The translations under genes and the position numbers were made by a program. The notes beneath the pieces were generated by a model. That model made no database searches, was not told the origin of the DNA, and was given only the letters and a program-made list of their open reading frames with translations. A stretch of DNA of 60,000 nt from Malacoraja senta (taxonomy: Eukaryota): contig CM075992.1 in assembly GCA_038087875.1 (NCBI GenBank), positions 1,676,001 through 1,736,000 on the forward strand, given 5' to 3'. This document shows positions 43,001 through 55,435 of this stretch, in pieces (position 1 is the stretch's first letter; each line of letters begins with the position of its first letter).

Positions 43001-46000
43001 CTACAACCCTACAATTGTCTGGTCTAACTCTTTTACATCTGGTACAACATGTTATGGAACAACTGGGCAACCTGTGTAAGATGGAACAGCAGATGCTGGT
43101 GCACACCCGAAGGGAGACACAAAATGCTGGAGTAACTCAGCGGGACAGGCAGCATCTCTGGAGAGAAGGAATGGGTGACGTTTTGGGTCAAGACTCATCA
43201 ACTTGCTGGTGGGTCTGGAGTCACTCAGGCTAGATTTTCTCCCTTGATGAACATTACAACCCACCAGTTCTTGTGATTACTGATGAGGTTTTTTCCTTCA
43301 AATTAACAATTATATCCAAATTCCCCAAAAACAGTGATAGATTTTAATGCCTCTGGACTGTCTAGCTCTCTGGATACCATACTCTTAAAGCATGAGTGGA
43401 CACGGTGGGCTAAATGGCCTAATTCTACTCCTATAACTTGTGAAAACCTTCTAACCCAGGCATTGTGTGGTGAGGTGCCTTCTAATCATCATACTGACAA
43501 GGCAAATCAGTTGGGTGTGAACTCACCTAGATTTTCGACTCCCCGGGGGATAATAACATCAGCATATTTCTTGGTCTACGGATGAGAACGACAATCAATT
43601 AATCCAGATGCAAGGACCATTGCTGCAACAAAGAGGCATCCAAGTGGGGGCCAGCCCTCACTCAGCAGGTGAGAGACTGCCCTCTGGTCCCTGCAGGGCT
43701 GACATTCAATGACAGCAAGGAGAGCGGTGACCAGACCATTCCCAGTACCCCAACCACAGAGTCCCCGCTCACCGGAAGGCAGAACTCCTCGAAGGCAGGC
43801 TTGACGAATGTAGTGTACTGCGTCAGGATCTGCTCCAAATCACGGCCCCGCTCGTTGATGTCTCGCAAAACTGAGATGTGAGGAGAAATAAATTTAACAC
43901 CTTGAAGAGGCACGGTGGCGCAGCGGTAGAGTTGCTGCCTTACAGCGCTTGCAGCGCCGGAGACCCGGGTTCAATCCCGACTACGGGTGCTGTCTGTCCA
44001 AAATAGTTTGGAGGACATATTCCTCCAGGGAAAGGTGCGGGGATGAGGAGACGGCTTTCGAGAAGCTCTCTGGGGTGGGTCTGCCCTATTAGGGGTGATT
44101 ATATGAGAAGGCAACAGGTAAGGAAGGGAATCCTGGGAATTGGTGTAGGATTGGGAATGAATCCTCACATCTTGGTCCTCCAAACTATTTTGGCCCCTGT
44201 GTCAGGGCAAGGATGAACATGAGTGAGGGGCTGTATCTCGGCCTGTGTTTGGAGCAGGGCGCATGGCAACTCAAGAGACTGCAGATGCTGGAACCTTGAG
44301 CAAAAGCAGTGCTGGAGAAACCCAGCGGGTCAGGCAGCATCTGTGGATGAGGCTTTGGGTTGGGACCCTTCTGCAGGACATGGCACGAGGCTCCAGCACG
44401 GTTTGGGTCTTGAGGCAATTTTCCCTGCTCTCATCTACTCCCCTGGTCCTTGCATGCTCTTTCCAATCCCAGCATCTATCCGGGTGCGGAGTTTGTGTAG
44501 CAAACGTTCAAGCGGTTCTGAAGGAGGGTCTCGAACCAAAATGTATCAATCCCAGCCCACAGATGTCCATCGGCGACCACCTGGTGAATTCCTCCCTCCC
44601 TCCCTCCCTCCCTCCCGCTCGCCCGCCTGCCTAGCGCAGAGCCCTCACCTCTGCGAGAGAGACGCGTGTCGGCATCTGTATCAACGAAGAGCTTCATGTG
44701 GAACATATCCCTGATCTCCTGGCAATAGAAAACCAGAATGCCCTCGAAAAGAACCACATCTGCGGGATAAACTGGCACCATCTCTGGCTTCCTGCAAGAA
44801 GAAACCTCGTCATATCTGCTCATCACAGGACCATAACACAGGCATGGACTATCTCTGTCTTTTATCCAGACCCATCTTCCTCCATTCAACCCACTCCTTC
44901 TGTTTGTATTCATGATGAATAAGCTCACGCTCTTAAGTTCTAGGAGCAGAAGTAGGCCATTCGGCCATCGTGTCTATTCTGCCATTCCATTATGGCTGAT
45001 CTATCTCTCCCTCCTAACCCCATTCTCCTGCCTTCTCATCATAACCCCTGACACCCGTACTAATCAAGAATCTGTCAATCTCCGCCTTAAAAATACCCAG
45101 TGTCTTGGCCTCCACAGCCGTCTGTGGCAATGAATTCCACAAATCCACCACCCTTTGACTAAAGAAATTCCTCCTCATCTCCTCCTCAAATCCGTTTATT
45201 CTGAGGCTATGGACTCTGGTTCGAGACGCGCCCATTAGTGGAAACATCCTCTCCACATCCAGTCTATGCAGGCTTTTCACTATTTGGTAAGATTCTATGA
45301 GGTCTCCCTTCATCCTCCTACACTCCAGCGAGCACAGGCCCAGTGCCATCAAACGCTCATCATATGTTAAACTCACACTTCTCTCTTCTTTTTAACACCC
45401 TTCCTTGGTTTGCGAAACATTGGGTTTATCAGTGTATAATTTGATTCTGCCCAAGGCCTCATTTCCTATGTTTCCCACACCAATCTCTTTAAAGCCTGGA
45501 TAATTTCCGCAGACAAGATGAAAGATGCTACCACACTACCTCACGCCTCCCTCCCTTAGTTTATGTGTGGAGAGGGCTATTGGTGTGTAGGCCAATCCAT
45601 CCCACCTCAGGCTTCACAGGAATCCTATGAAGTGGCACCAGACCCATTATCCCTCTGTGAAGCAAAGTATCGAATAATGAAAGGCTTGGATACATATCCA
45701 CTCTATCCAGGCCCTTCACTGTTTTGTAAGTTTCAATGTCCCCCTCTTCCTTCTAAACTCCAGCGAGTAAGTCAAGAGAGTTTATTGTCATGTGTCCCTG
45801 ACAGGACAATGAAATTCTTGCTTTGCTTCAGCACAACAGAACATAGTAGGCATGAATACAGAACAGATCAGTGTGTCCATATACCATTATATACGTAAAT
45901 ACACACATGAATAAATAAACTGATAAAGTGCAGATAACAGATAATGGGCTATTAATGTTCAGAGTTTTGTCCGAGCCAAGTTTAATAGCCTAATGGCTGT

Positions 46001-48849
46001 GCGGAAGTAGCTATTCCTGAACCTGGTCGTTGCAGTCCCAGAGTAGAGGCCCAACACCGTAATTTGAGGGCTTAAGTAATAATCGCAGCTGCTCTGATAC
46101 AAACCGTGAATGATTAACAAAGTCATAGACTGGAATCAGCACCGTCCTCCCGTTGATAATATCCTTGAGGGTGCGGAGAATCAGCACGTTGTCAAATGCA
46201 TCTGTGGATGGCAGAAAGGCAGAGTTGTCAGTGGGCTGAGTCTGGAGACAGCAGCAGGAGACAAAACCCAGTCACGATGCCCATGTAACACAAAGTCAAC
46301 CCCAGACAGGGAATCTCCTCTGCAACTCGTATTTCACTTGGGTAGTTCACACCCCAGCAGTATGAACATTGACTTCTCAAACTACAGATTGCCCTTGCTT
46401 TCTCTCTCCATCCCCTTCCCAGTTCTCCCACTTGTCTTACTGTCTCTGACCACATTCTATCTTTGTCCCGCCCACTCTCCTGACATCAGTCTGAAGAAGG
46501 GTCTCGACCAGAAACGTCACCCATTCCTTCTCTCCAGAGAGATGCTGCCTGTCCCACTGAGTTACTCCAGCATTTTGTGTCTACCTTTGATTTAAACCAG
46601 CATCTGCAGTTCTTTCTTACACAAATCTCCTGCACCTACCCAACCCTTCGCCTCATCCTGCAAGGCTGCCTCCGTCTCCATCCACAATGTCCCTGCCCCT
46701 AAGGGCGGCACAGTGGTAGAGTTGCTGCCTCACAGCGGCAGAGACGCAGGCTGACTATGGCTGCTATCTGTACAGAGTTTGCACGTTCTCCCTGTGAACG
46801 TGTGGGTTTCCTCTGGGTGCTCTGGTTTCCTCCCACACTCCAAAGACGCGCAGGATTGTAGATTGTAGGTGTGAATTCTGTAAATTGTCCCTAGTGTGTG
46901 GGATAGAACTCGTTGGCTGGCAATCACCTGTACACGTGGACAGTGGGATGAAAGGCCTGTTTCCCTGCTGTATCTCTAAACTAAACTAAACCAGCTCCCC
47001 CCTCACAACTCTCAGTGACCCTCCCATGGGCACTTATGCTCCTCAACCCTCTCCTCCCATTGTCTTAGTTCCTTTTCAAACCATTCCTCCAATTCGACGA
47101 CCCTGAAAAAAATCATCCACGCATTTATCTCCTCCCGCCTTGATTACTGCAACTCCCTACACACTGGCATCAGCCAATCATCCATGTCCCGCCTGCAATT
47201 GGTCCAAAACGCCGCAGCGAGACTTCTGACGGGTACCCGTAAAAGGGACCACATCACCCCGATTCTGGCCTCTCTCCACTGGCTCCCTGTACAGTACAGA
47301 ATCAACTTCAAGCTCCTCCTATATGTATACAAAGCCCCTAACAGGCTTGCCCGCCCCTATATCAAAAATCTGCTAACCCACCATTCTACCTCCAGGTCCC
47401 TCAGGTCGGCCTACTTGGGGCTACTGACTATCCCGCGGTCCAGGTTTCACCTCAGGGGCGACCGCGCTTTTGCGGTTGCAGCACCTAGACTGTGGAACAG
47501 CATCCCTCTTCTCATCAGAACTGCCCCCTCCATCGACTCCTTTAAGTCTAGACTTAAAACCTATTTCTACTCACAAGCGTTTCTTGAGGTCCTCTGAGGG
47601 AGCGCTGTAAAGAGTTTATGTATGTATTGTTAGATCTGTGTACCATTGCATGTAGCATGTTAGTACCTTGAGACTTTTGAAAGGCGCCCATAAATAAAAT
47701 TTATTATTATTATTATTATTACCTGCACTGATGTAAAGCACTTTGGTCAACGAGAGTTGTTTTTAAATGTGCTATAGAAATAAAATTGACTTGTCTCCAC
47801 TATAGTCCCTTATCATGCACCTACCTATACACTGTAAATTGCTCGATAGTAATCATCTGTGGTCTTTCTGGTTAGCACGCAACAAAAGCTTTTCACTGTA
47901 CCTCTGTACAAGTGACAATGAACTAAACACGTTTACTCCCAATAAACCGCTGATAAGGCCGCAGACGGCAACAGGATCAACAAACTCACCGGGAAGGCTG
48001 GCTCCGTCCTGGGGGTGGAGTTGGATTCATGGGAGGTGGTCTTGGAGTGGAGGATGCTCCTCAAACTGCGGAGCATCCTGGACAATACAGCTCACACCCC
48101 CCCCCCCCTCCATGACACACTGGTCAACCTGAGGAGCACCTTCAGCAACAGACTGGTCCCACCAAGATGCAGCACAGAACGCCACAGGAGATCCTTCTTC
48201 CCTGTGGCTATCAAACTGTACAACCCCTCCTCCTTCTGTAGTGGGGTAGACTGAGACTGACTGACTGACTCCCCTCCTCTCCTCTCCCACACCCCCCACA
48301 TGTTTGCACATCCCCAATCCTTTCCACTCCTTTCTTTTAGGACCAAGATGAGAAAAAAAATTCATACAGAGAGTGGTGAATCTGTGGAATTCTCTGCCAC
48401 AGAAAGTAGTTGAGGCCAGTTCATTGGCTATATTTAAGAGGGAGTTAGATGTGGCCCTTGTGGCTAAAGGAATCAGGGGTATGGAGAGAAGGCAGGTATA
48501 GGATACTGAGTTGGATGATCAGCCATGATCATATTGAATGGCGGTGCAGGCTCAAAGGGCCGAATGGCCTACTCCTGCACCTATTTTCAATGTTCATGTA
48601 TCTTGTGTTTTTATGACTGTTGGCAGATCAATTTCCCTCCTGGGACAAATAAAGTTCTATCGAATCGTATATTGAAAGCGGGCGATTACCTGGATGATCG
48701 AAGTTATACTGTCCCTTGCTGGCCTTGACCCTCTGCTCTGTGGTCAGCACCTTATAGAAGCTGTCCTGGCTCAGAATCACCACCTGCCTCTGGTCTTGAT
48801 CCACTTTATTCTGTCCCAGCAGATCAACAATTTTCTGACACACAGATGA
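39908..48849 (-). CDS. Uridine-cytidine kinase (UCK1/UCK2 family, UCK2-like C-terminus), exons 2-7; exon 1 (P-loop) missing at the gap
   Basis: Exons 48690-48849, 46105-46201, 44649-44791, 43773-43870, 43527-43575, 39908-40041 join in frame (681 nt = 226 aa + TGA). Motifs [62 protein letters not shown]-terminus ESSTRPH*. Confidence 0.95.
41505..41575. repeat. Near-perfect inverted repeat (33-bp arms, 5-nt loop)
   Basis: GACAAGGCTGATTTTGATGATATTAGATAAGAT-GGGGG-ATCTTGTCTAATATCATCAAAATCAACCTTGTC. Confidence 0.9.
43527..43575 (-). CDS. UCK exon 6 ([16 protein letters not shown])
   Basis: 49 nt, donor gtgagt. Confidence 0.94.
43773..43870 (-). CDS. UCK exon 5 ([33 protein letters not shown])
   Basis: 98 nt, donor gtgagc. 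Confidence 0.95.
44649..44791 (-). CDS. UCK exon 4 ([22 protein letters not shown]...DTRLSRR)
   Basis: 143 nt, donor gtgagg. Confidence 0.95.
44940..45376 (-). mobile_element. CR1 LINE 3' fragment
   Basis: ORF 45014..45376 ([21 protein letters not shown]...SRTR.HSLRI...[16 protein letters not shown]). Other CR1 tails at ~1690-2030, 2382-2600, 5000-5270, 19735-19935, 35430-36005, 36875-37010, 40175-40420, 41860-42060, 48355-48590, 49450-49765, 50175-50520, 53290-53500. Confidence 0.88.
46105..46201 (-). CDS. UCK exon 3 ([33 protein letters not shown])
   Basis: 97 nt, donor gtttgt. Confidence 0.93.
47085..47720 (+). mobile_element. L2-clade LINE 3' fragment
   Basis: [61 protein letters not shown]; (ATT)n tail. 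Confidence 0.9.
48690..48849 (-). CDS. UCK exon 2 ([17 protein letters not shown]...QYNFDHP)
   Basis: 160 nt, cag|TCA ... G|gtaat. Confidence 0.95.
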
Positions 48850-49859
48850 CTGTCCAAAAAGAAAGAAAATATTAAATGCAAAACCTCTCCTACATTCATC
48901 AGCTCCAATCCCAGCTAAAGACCAGACACAGAAACATGTCCCACAGAGACACCCCATGGTACTGGACCTGGTAACATCTAGATTCCCGGAAAGGATCTCT
49001 GAATATTCTGCTGCTGAAGAGCAATCCACATCACTAAAGATGGACACAAAATGCTGGAGTAACTCAGCGGGGCAGACAGCATCTCTGGAGAGAAGGAATG
49101 GGAGACGTCACCTATTCCTCCTTTTCGCCAGAGATGCTGTCTGTCCCGCTGAGTTACTCCAACTTTTTGTGTCTCTCTTCGGTTTAAACCAGCATATGCA
49201 GTTCCTTCCTCCTGACACACACTAGTGAAGCTGTTATCAACAGGGACAATACTGCCATCTACCAAAAATGGGAAAATGTCCAAATTAACTATTCACGCTT
49301 CCACTCTCGATCATCAGCAAAGTGATGGGAGGATTTGATGACAGTATTAACAATACTCACTACTAACACATCTCAAAACTGTGCAGGACATGTTTGTGTT
49401 GGAAGGAATGCAGATGCTAGTTTGCACCGAAGATAGTCTAAAGTATTGGTGGTGAATCTGTGGAATTAGAAGGATGGTGAATCTGTGGAATTTATTGCCA
49501 CAGAAGGCTGTGGAGGCAGTCAATGTATATTTTCAAGGCAGATAGATAGATTGTTGATTAGTACAGGTGTCAGGAGTTATGGGGAGAAGGCAGGAGAATG
49601 GGGTTGGGGGGGGAGAGATAGATCAGCCATGATTGAATGGCGGAGTAGATTCTGTCATGGTAACTGACAATTATGTTTAGTGTCCTCGAAGTGTGTTTAT
49701 TACATTCGGAACCAAGCATGGATCTGACAGACTTGATAGGCTGAATGACCTAATTCTGCTCCTATCACTTACGAAGAAGGGTCTCATCCCGAAACGTCAC
49801 ACATTTTAAAATTTCCAGAGATGCTGCTTGTCCCGCTGAGTTACTCAGCATTTTGTGTC

Positions 49860-50059
49860 NNNNNNNNNNNNNNNNNNNNNNNNNNNNNNNNNNNNNNNNN
49901 NNNNNNNNNNNNNNNNNNNNNNNNNNNNNNNNNNNNNNNNNNNNNNNNNNNNNNNNNNNNNNNNNNNNNNNNNNNNNNNNNNNNNNNNNNNNNNNNNNNN
50001 NNNNNNNNNNNNNNNNNNNNNNNNNNNNNNNNNNNNNNNNNNNNNNNNNNNNNNNNNNN
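49860..50059. other. Assembly gap (200 N)
   Basis: Run of exactly 200 N; its right edge cuts a QTRT1 exon. Confidence 0.99.
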
Positions 50060-50094
50060 CCACGGGACAAGCCACGCTACCTGATGGGAGTGGG
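50060..50094 (+). CDS. QTRT1: QTRT1 exon 6, 3' fragment
   Basis: CCACGGGACAAGCCACGCTACCTGATGGGAGTGGG|gtaaga. Confidence 0.92.
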
Positions 50095-53000
50095 GTAAGA
50101 GAGAGCCACTGTACATAACTATCTGCCTCATGGTATGAATCCTCCCTTCACCCAACAATGACCTCTCCCTTATATAGAAACATAGAAAATAGGTGCAGGA
50201 GTCAGCCATTCAATATGATCGTGGCTGATCATCCAACTCAGTATCCTGTACCTGCCTTCTCTCCATACCCCCTGATCCCTTTAGCCACAAGGGCCACATC
50301 TAACTCCCTCTTAAATATAGCCAATGAACTGGCCTCAACTACCTTCTGTGGCAGAGAGTTCCAGAGATTCACCACTCTCTGTGTGAAAAATGTTTTTCTC
50401 TCGGTCCTAAAGGATTTCCCCTTTATCCTTAAACTGTGACCCCTTGTCCTGGACTTCCCCAACATCGGGAACAATCTTCTTGCATCTAGCCTCTCCAACC
50501 CCTTAAGAATTTTGTACGTTTCTATATCTGGCAGTGGGACCCAACCCTTGCTTACCAGCCTTTGTCTGCATCTTCATATAAACCTCTCCAATAGACCCTC
50601 CCATCTATATATATCACAATCACAATAATACTTTATTAGCCAAGTATGTTTTGCAACATACGAGGAATTTCATTTGCCAAGTTAGTCATACAAATAAACA
50701 GCAACGGAACACACAAAATCCATTTTAACATAATGAATGAATGAATAAGTTAATGGGCCAAGTATTCACATACAAGGAATTTGCCTTGGTGCTCCACCCG
50801 CAAGTGACAACGACATACAGTGACAGTTAGGAATGACATCCACCACAGTGACTCCTCCATATTCCTCACTGTGATGGAAGGTGAAGAAAAGTTCAAATCT
50901 TTTCCCTTAGCTCTCCCGCGGTCGAGGGCCTCGAGCCCTCTGTTGACGGGACAATCTTGACTCCCGTAGCCGGCGGCGTTTGCGCCCTCCTCATCGAATC
51001 GATCAGCTCCTGCATCGGGGGGGGTGTCAGCTCCCCCGCGCCGGACGATCGGACCCTGCGTCGGGGGTGGTCAAGCCTCTGTGTCATTGGAGCTTCCAGA
51101 CTAGCCTCTCCCAAGAGACCATAAAACATAGCAGCAGAATTAGGCCATTCAGCCCATCGAGTCCACTCTGTTATTCGATTATGACTGATCTATTTTTCCC
51201 TCTCAATCCTATTTTGATATCAGTGGAGGATCTGCTATTGAAAATTCACTGTGTGGAAGTTGTGGATTTTAACCGAACCTTGGCGCAGGGATAGAGCTGA
51301 CCAAACGTATACTGGACGATGGTTTTGCTGAACACCTTCGCTCAGTCCACCTGAACCTACCTGATCTCCCGGTTGCCAAACACTTTAATTCTCCTTCCCA
51401 TTCCCACGGTCTCTTCCATTGTCAGAGTGAGGCTAAACGCAAATCGGAGGAACAGCATTTCATATTTCGCTTGGGCAGCTTACAGCCCAGTGGTATGAAT
51501 ATTGATTTCCCGAACTCCAAGTAACCCCGGCATTCCCTCTCTCTCCCCCACCCAAGTCGCACCAGCTTCTCGTTTTCACCCAACAAACAGCTAACAGTGG
51601 TCCTGTCTCCTTTATCATTGTTACTTTCTTGCAAATCTTTCATTCATTATTATTTATCTCTCCACGTCATCGTCTGTATCTCTCGTTTCACTTTCCCTAA
51701 CCAGTCTGAAGAAGGGCCTCGACCCGAAACGTCACCCATTCCTTCTCTCCAGAGATGCTGCCTGTCCCGCTGAGTTACTCCAGCATTTTGTGTTTATCTT
51801 CGGTTTAAACCAGCATCTGCAGTTCCTTCCTCCACATAGAACTGAATTGATTGCTGACAAAAGGGAGGCATATATCTCACTGGGGTTAGGAGTTGATGGA
51901 TGGAGGACATGATATATCTGTTGTATGTACAGTGTAGGGGCAACCAGAATACACGAGTTATCCATCTAGTTTAGTGTAGTTTAGAGATACTGCGCGGAAA
52001 CAGACCATTCGGCCCACCGAGTCCGTGCTAACCAACGATTCCCACATATTAATACTATCCTACACACAGTCAGGACAATTTTTACATTTACCAAGCCAAT
52101 TAACCTACAACCCTGGGTACACAAAAATGCTGGAGAAACTCAGCGGGTGCAGCAGCATCTATGGAGCAAAGGAAATAGGTAACGTTTCGGGTCGAATCCC
52201 AAAGGAAATAGGTAACGTTTTGGGCCGAAACCCTTCTTCAGACACTTCTTTAACACAACCTACAACCCTGTATGTCTTTGGAGTGTGGGAGGAAACGGAA
52301 GAAAACCACGCAGGTCACGGGGAGAACGTACAAACTCCGTACAGGCAGCACCCGTAGTCGGGGTGGAACCCGGGTCTCCGGCGCTGTGGGGCAGCAACTC
52401 TACCGCTGCGCCACCGTGACCGCCCTGAATCTTATAGACCATAGAATGCAGAGTGTAGGGGGGGACCAGATTACATGTGTTATGCATTGTGTACTTGAGG
52501 TTTCTAACCTCGTCTTTCCTTGCCTCTGACCAGGTATGCAACAGATCTGGTGGTTTGTGTGGCTCTTGGCTGCGACATGTTTGACTGTGTGTTTCCCACA
52601 AGGACAGCGGTAAGCATTTTGTTGATGCAGTTCAGTTTAGTTCATTGTCACGTGCACCGAGGTACAGTGAAAAGGTTTTGTTAGAGTCATAGAGTGATAC
52701 AGTGTGAAAACAGGCCCTTCGGCCCAACTTGCCCACACCGGCCAACAATGTCCCAGGTACACTCGTCCCACATATCCCTCCAAAACAGGTCCTATTCATG
52801 TACCTGTGTTTAAGAAGGAACTGCAGATGCTGGAAAATTGAAGGTGCACAAAAATGCTGGAGAAACTCAGCGGGTGCAGCAGCATCTATGGAGCGAAGGA
52901 AATAGGCAACGTTTCGGGTCGAATCCCAAAGGAAATAGGTAACGTTTTGGGTCGAAACCCGAAGGGTTTCGGGCCGAAACGTTGCCTATTTCCTTCGCTC

Positions 53001-55435
53001 CATAGATGCTGCTGCACCCGCTGAGTTTCTCCAGCATTTTTGTGTACCTCCTATTCATGTACCTGTTTAACTGTTTCTTAAACGATGGGATAGTCCCAGC
53101 CTCAACTACCCCCTCTGACTGCGTGCTATCCGGTCAGCGGAAAGACAATACATGATTACAATCGAATCACTCACAGTGTGTAGATACATGATAAAGGGAA
53201 TAACGTTTAGTGCAAGATAAAGTCCGATTAAAGATAGTTTGAGGGTCTCCAATGAGATAGATAGTAGCTCAGGACTGCTCTCTAGTTTGGTAGCTGTGTG
53301 GAATGAGCTTCCAGTGGAAGTGGTGGAGGCAGGTTCGATTTTATCATTTAAAAATAAATTGGATAGGTATATGGACGGGAAAGGAATGGAGGGTTATGGT
53401 CTGAGTGCAGGTAGATGGGACTAGGTGAGCGTAAGTGTTCGGCACGGACTAGAAGGGCCGAGATGGCCTGTTTCCGTTCTGTAATTGTTATATGGTTATA
53501 GTTGTGGTAGGATGGTTCTGTTGCCCGATAGCAGCTGGGAAGAAACTGAGCCTGAATCTGGAGGTGTGCGTTTTCACAGTTGCGTGATGGGAGAGGGGAG
53601 GAGAGTGACCGGGGTGCGACTCGTCCTTGATTATGCTGCTGGCCCTGTACAGTAGAACAAAATAATTTGGTTCGTTGCTGAGGAGGGTGATTGTATCTTA
53701 AGCTTACTTACTATCCTATGAGCAGATGGTGGGAGCAGATGTCAATAGGAGAATGGATGGAATTGTGATCCACAGTTAAATGAGAGACTTTGTCAATGAA
53801 TGCGATTGCTAATTGATAAAATTATCTCTTGGCATGAATTAAAGGATTCAAAGTTTAGTTTAGTTTAGAGATACAGTGCGGAAACAGGACGTTCGGCCCA
53901 CTGAGTCCGCGCCGAACAGCGATCCCCGCACACTAACACTATCCTACAAACACTCGATTTACTATTTTAACCAAGCCAATTAAACTGCAAACTTGTACGT
54001 CTTTGGAGCATGGAAGGAAACTGGAGATACCGGAGAAAACTCCGTACAGAGAGCACTAGTAGTCAGGATCGAACCCGGGTCCATGGCGCTGTAAGGCAGC
54101 AACTCCACCGCGCCGCCCTATTTTAAGGATAAGGGTTTTTAAAAAAAAATTTAAGGATATAAAGAGTCAGGCCAAATGACGCCAACCTATTTGCTAAGAC
54201 AGACACAACATACTGGAGTAACTCAGCGGGACAGGCAGCATCTCTGGGGAGAAAGAATGGGTGACGTTTCAGGTCGAGGCCCTTCTTCAGACTCAGCAAA
54301 TCTATTTGCTAAGATGCAACTAATGAATGAGAAATAACGCGGACGAGAAAATGGACCCAATTTGGGGTAGAGACATGGGGTAAGGAACTTGGAATGAGGG
54401 GCCAATGTGCAGACGTGGGAGATGTCTGAGGAGTGCTTGCACTTGGGCCCCTGTTTGCCGTTCACTTCAGCTCAGCCATCTAATCCTTCTCTGATCTCTC
54501 AGCGGTTTGGCTCAGCGCTTGTTCCCTGGGGATCGCTGCAGTTGAAACACAGACAATACGCCAAGGATTTCAAGCCTATCGACGAGGAATGCACCTGTCC
54601 TACCTGCAAGAGGTAAGAGATGAGGCCATTTGCATTGTGCGTCTCTGATTTGCTGATGGCCACCGTTACTTGAGGGCAATTCTGTTGCGTTACTGAACTC
54701 CACGTAAACATGGTTGCCTGACTACTTCGCGGCCGCAGTACCTCTACAGGGTTCGGGTTGGGGGCTGTTCACTTTGGTTGTTGAGTTAATTTGTCAGAAC
54801 TGCTCTTTTGTGTCAACAGGTATACACGAGCATATCTCCACGCCTTGTTCAAGAGTGACACGGCCGCACTCCACCACATCACGATCCACAACATTGCATA
54901 CCAGGTAGGTAGAAACATAGAAAATGGGCTGAGATGCTGTAATAATTACCGCACTGTTTCTATAGGGCTTATTTAACACCCTAATTTAGGGCAGCACGGT
55001 GGTGCAGCAGTAGAGTTACTGCCTTATAGCGCCAGAGACCCAGGTTCAATCCTGACTATGGATGCTCTCTGTACGTTCTCCCTGTGGGTTTTCTCAGTGA
55101 TCTTCGGTTTCCTCCCACACTCCAAAGACGTGCAGGTTTGTAGGTTAATTGGCTTGGTATAAATGTAAATTGTCCCTGGTTTGTGTGTAGGATAGTGTAA
55201 GTGTGCAGGGACCGCTGAAGACTCGGTGGGCCTGATTCCGTGCTGTTATCTCTGAACTAAACCAGTTGCCTCCGTTTTCTAGTTGAACCTGATGAGCTCC
55301 ATCCGTGAAAGCATTCAGCAGAGGAGGTTCCCGGAGTTCATCCAACAGTTTATGAAGCGGATGTACGGAAGTGCCGACAAATACCCACGCTGGGCGGTTG
55401 ATGCACTCAGTGCAGTCAACGTTAAGTTGGAGTAG
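50060..55435 (+). CDS. QTRT1: Queuine tRNA-ribosyltransferase catalytic subunit 1, 3' half (5' exons lost in the gap)
   Basis: Exons 50060-50094 ([12 protein letters not shown], truncated), 52534-52609 ([25 protein letters not shown]), 54503-54612 ([10 protein letters not shown]...CTCPTCKR, Zn ligands), 54820-54904 (YTRAYLHAL...IHNIAYQ), 55283-55435 ([11 protein letters not shown]...VKLE*); all GT-AG and in frame. Confidence 0.96.
51300..51832 (+). mobile_element. Penelope-like element 3' remnant plus terminal repeat
   Basis: [19 protein letters not shown] remnant followed by the same terminal module; similar remnants at 23525-23890 (-), 9530-10075 (-), 46315-46620 (+). Confidence 0.75.
52534..52609 (+). 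CDS. QTRT1: QTRT1 exon 7 (catalytic DMFDCV motif)
   Basis: 76 nt, cag|G ... GCG|gtaag. Confidence 0.96.
54503..54612 (+). CDS. QTRT1: QTRT1 exon 8
   Basis: 110 nt, CxCxxC zinc motif. Confidence 0.96.
54820..54904 (+). CDS. QTRT1: QTRT1 exon 9
   Basis: 85 nt, zinc-ligand His in IHN. Confidence 0.96.
55283..55435 (+). CDS. QTRT1: QTRT1 terminal coding exon
   Basis: 153 nt ending in TAG. Confidence 0.95.
   Translation: MNLMSSIRESIQQRRFPEFIQQFMKRMYGSADKYPRWAVDALSAVNVKLE

Noticed and set aside
43910..43985. tRNA-like sequence with A and B boxes
   Set aside because: It is the head of the tRNA-derived SINE seen many times in the window; no complete cloverleaf.
49765..50209. ORFs spanning the N run
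   Set aside because: Artefacts of the gap, except the [12 protein letters not shown] fragment assigned to QTRT1.
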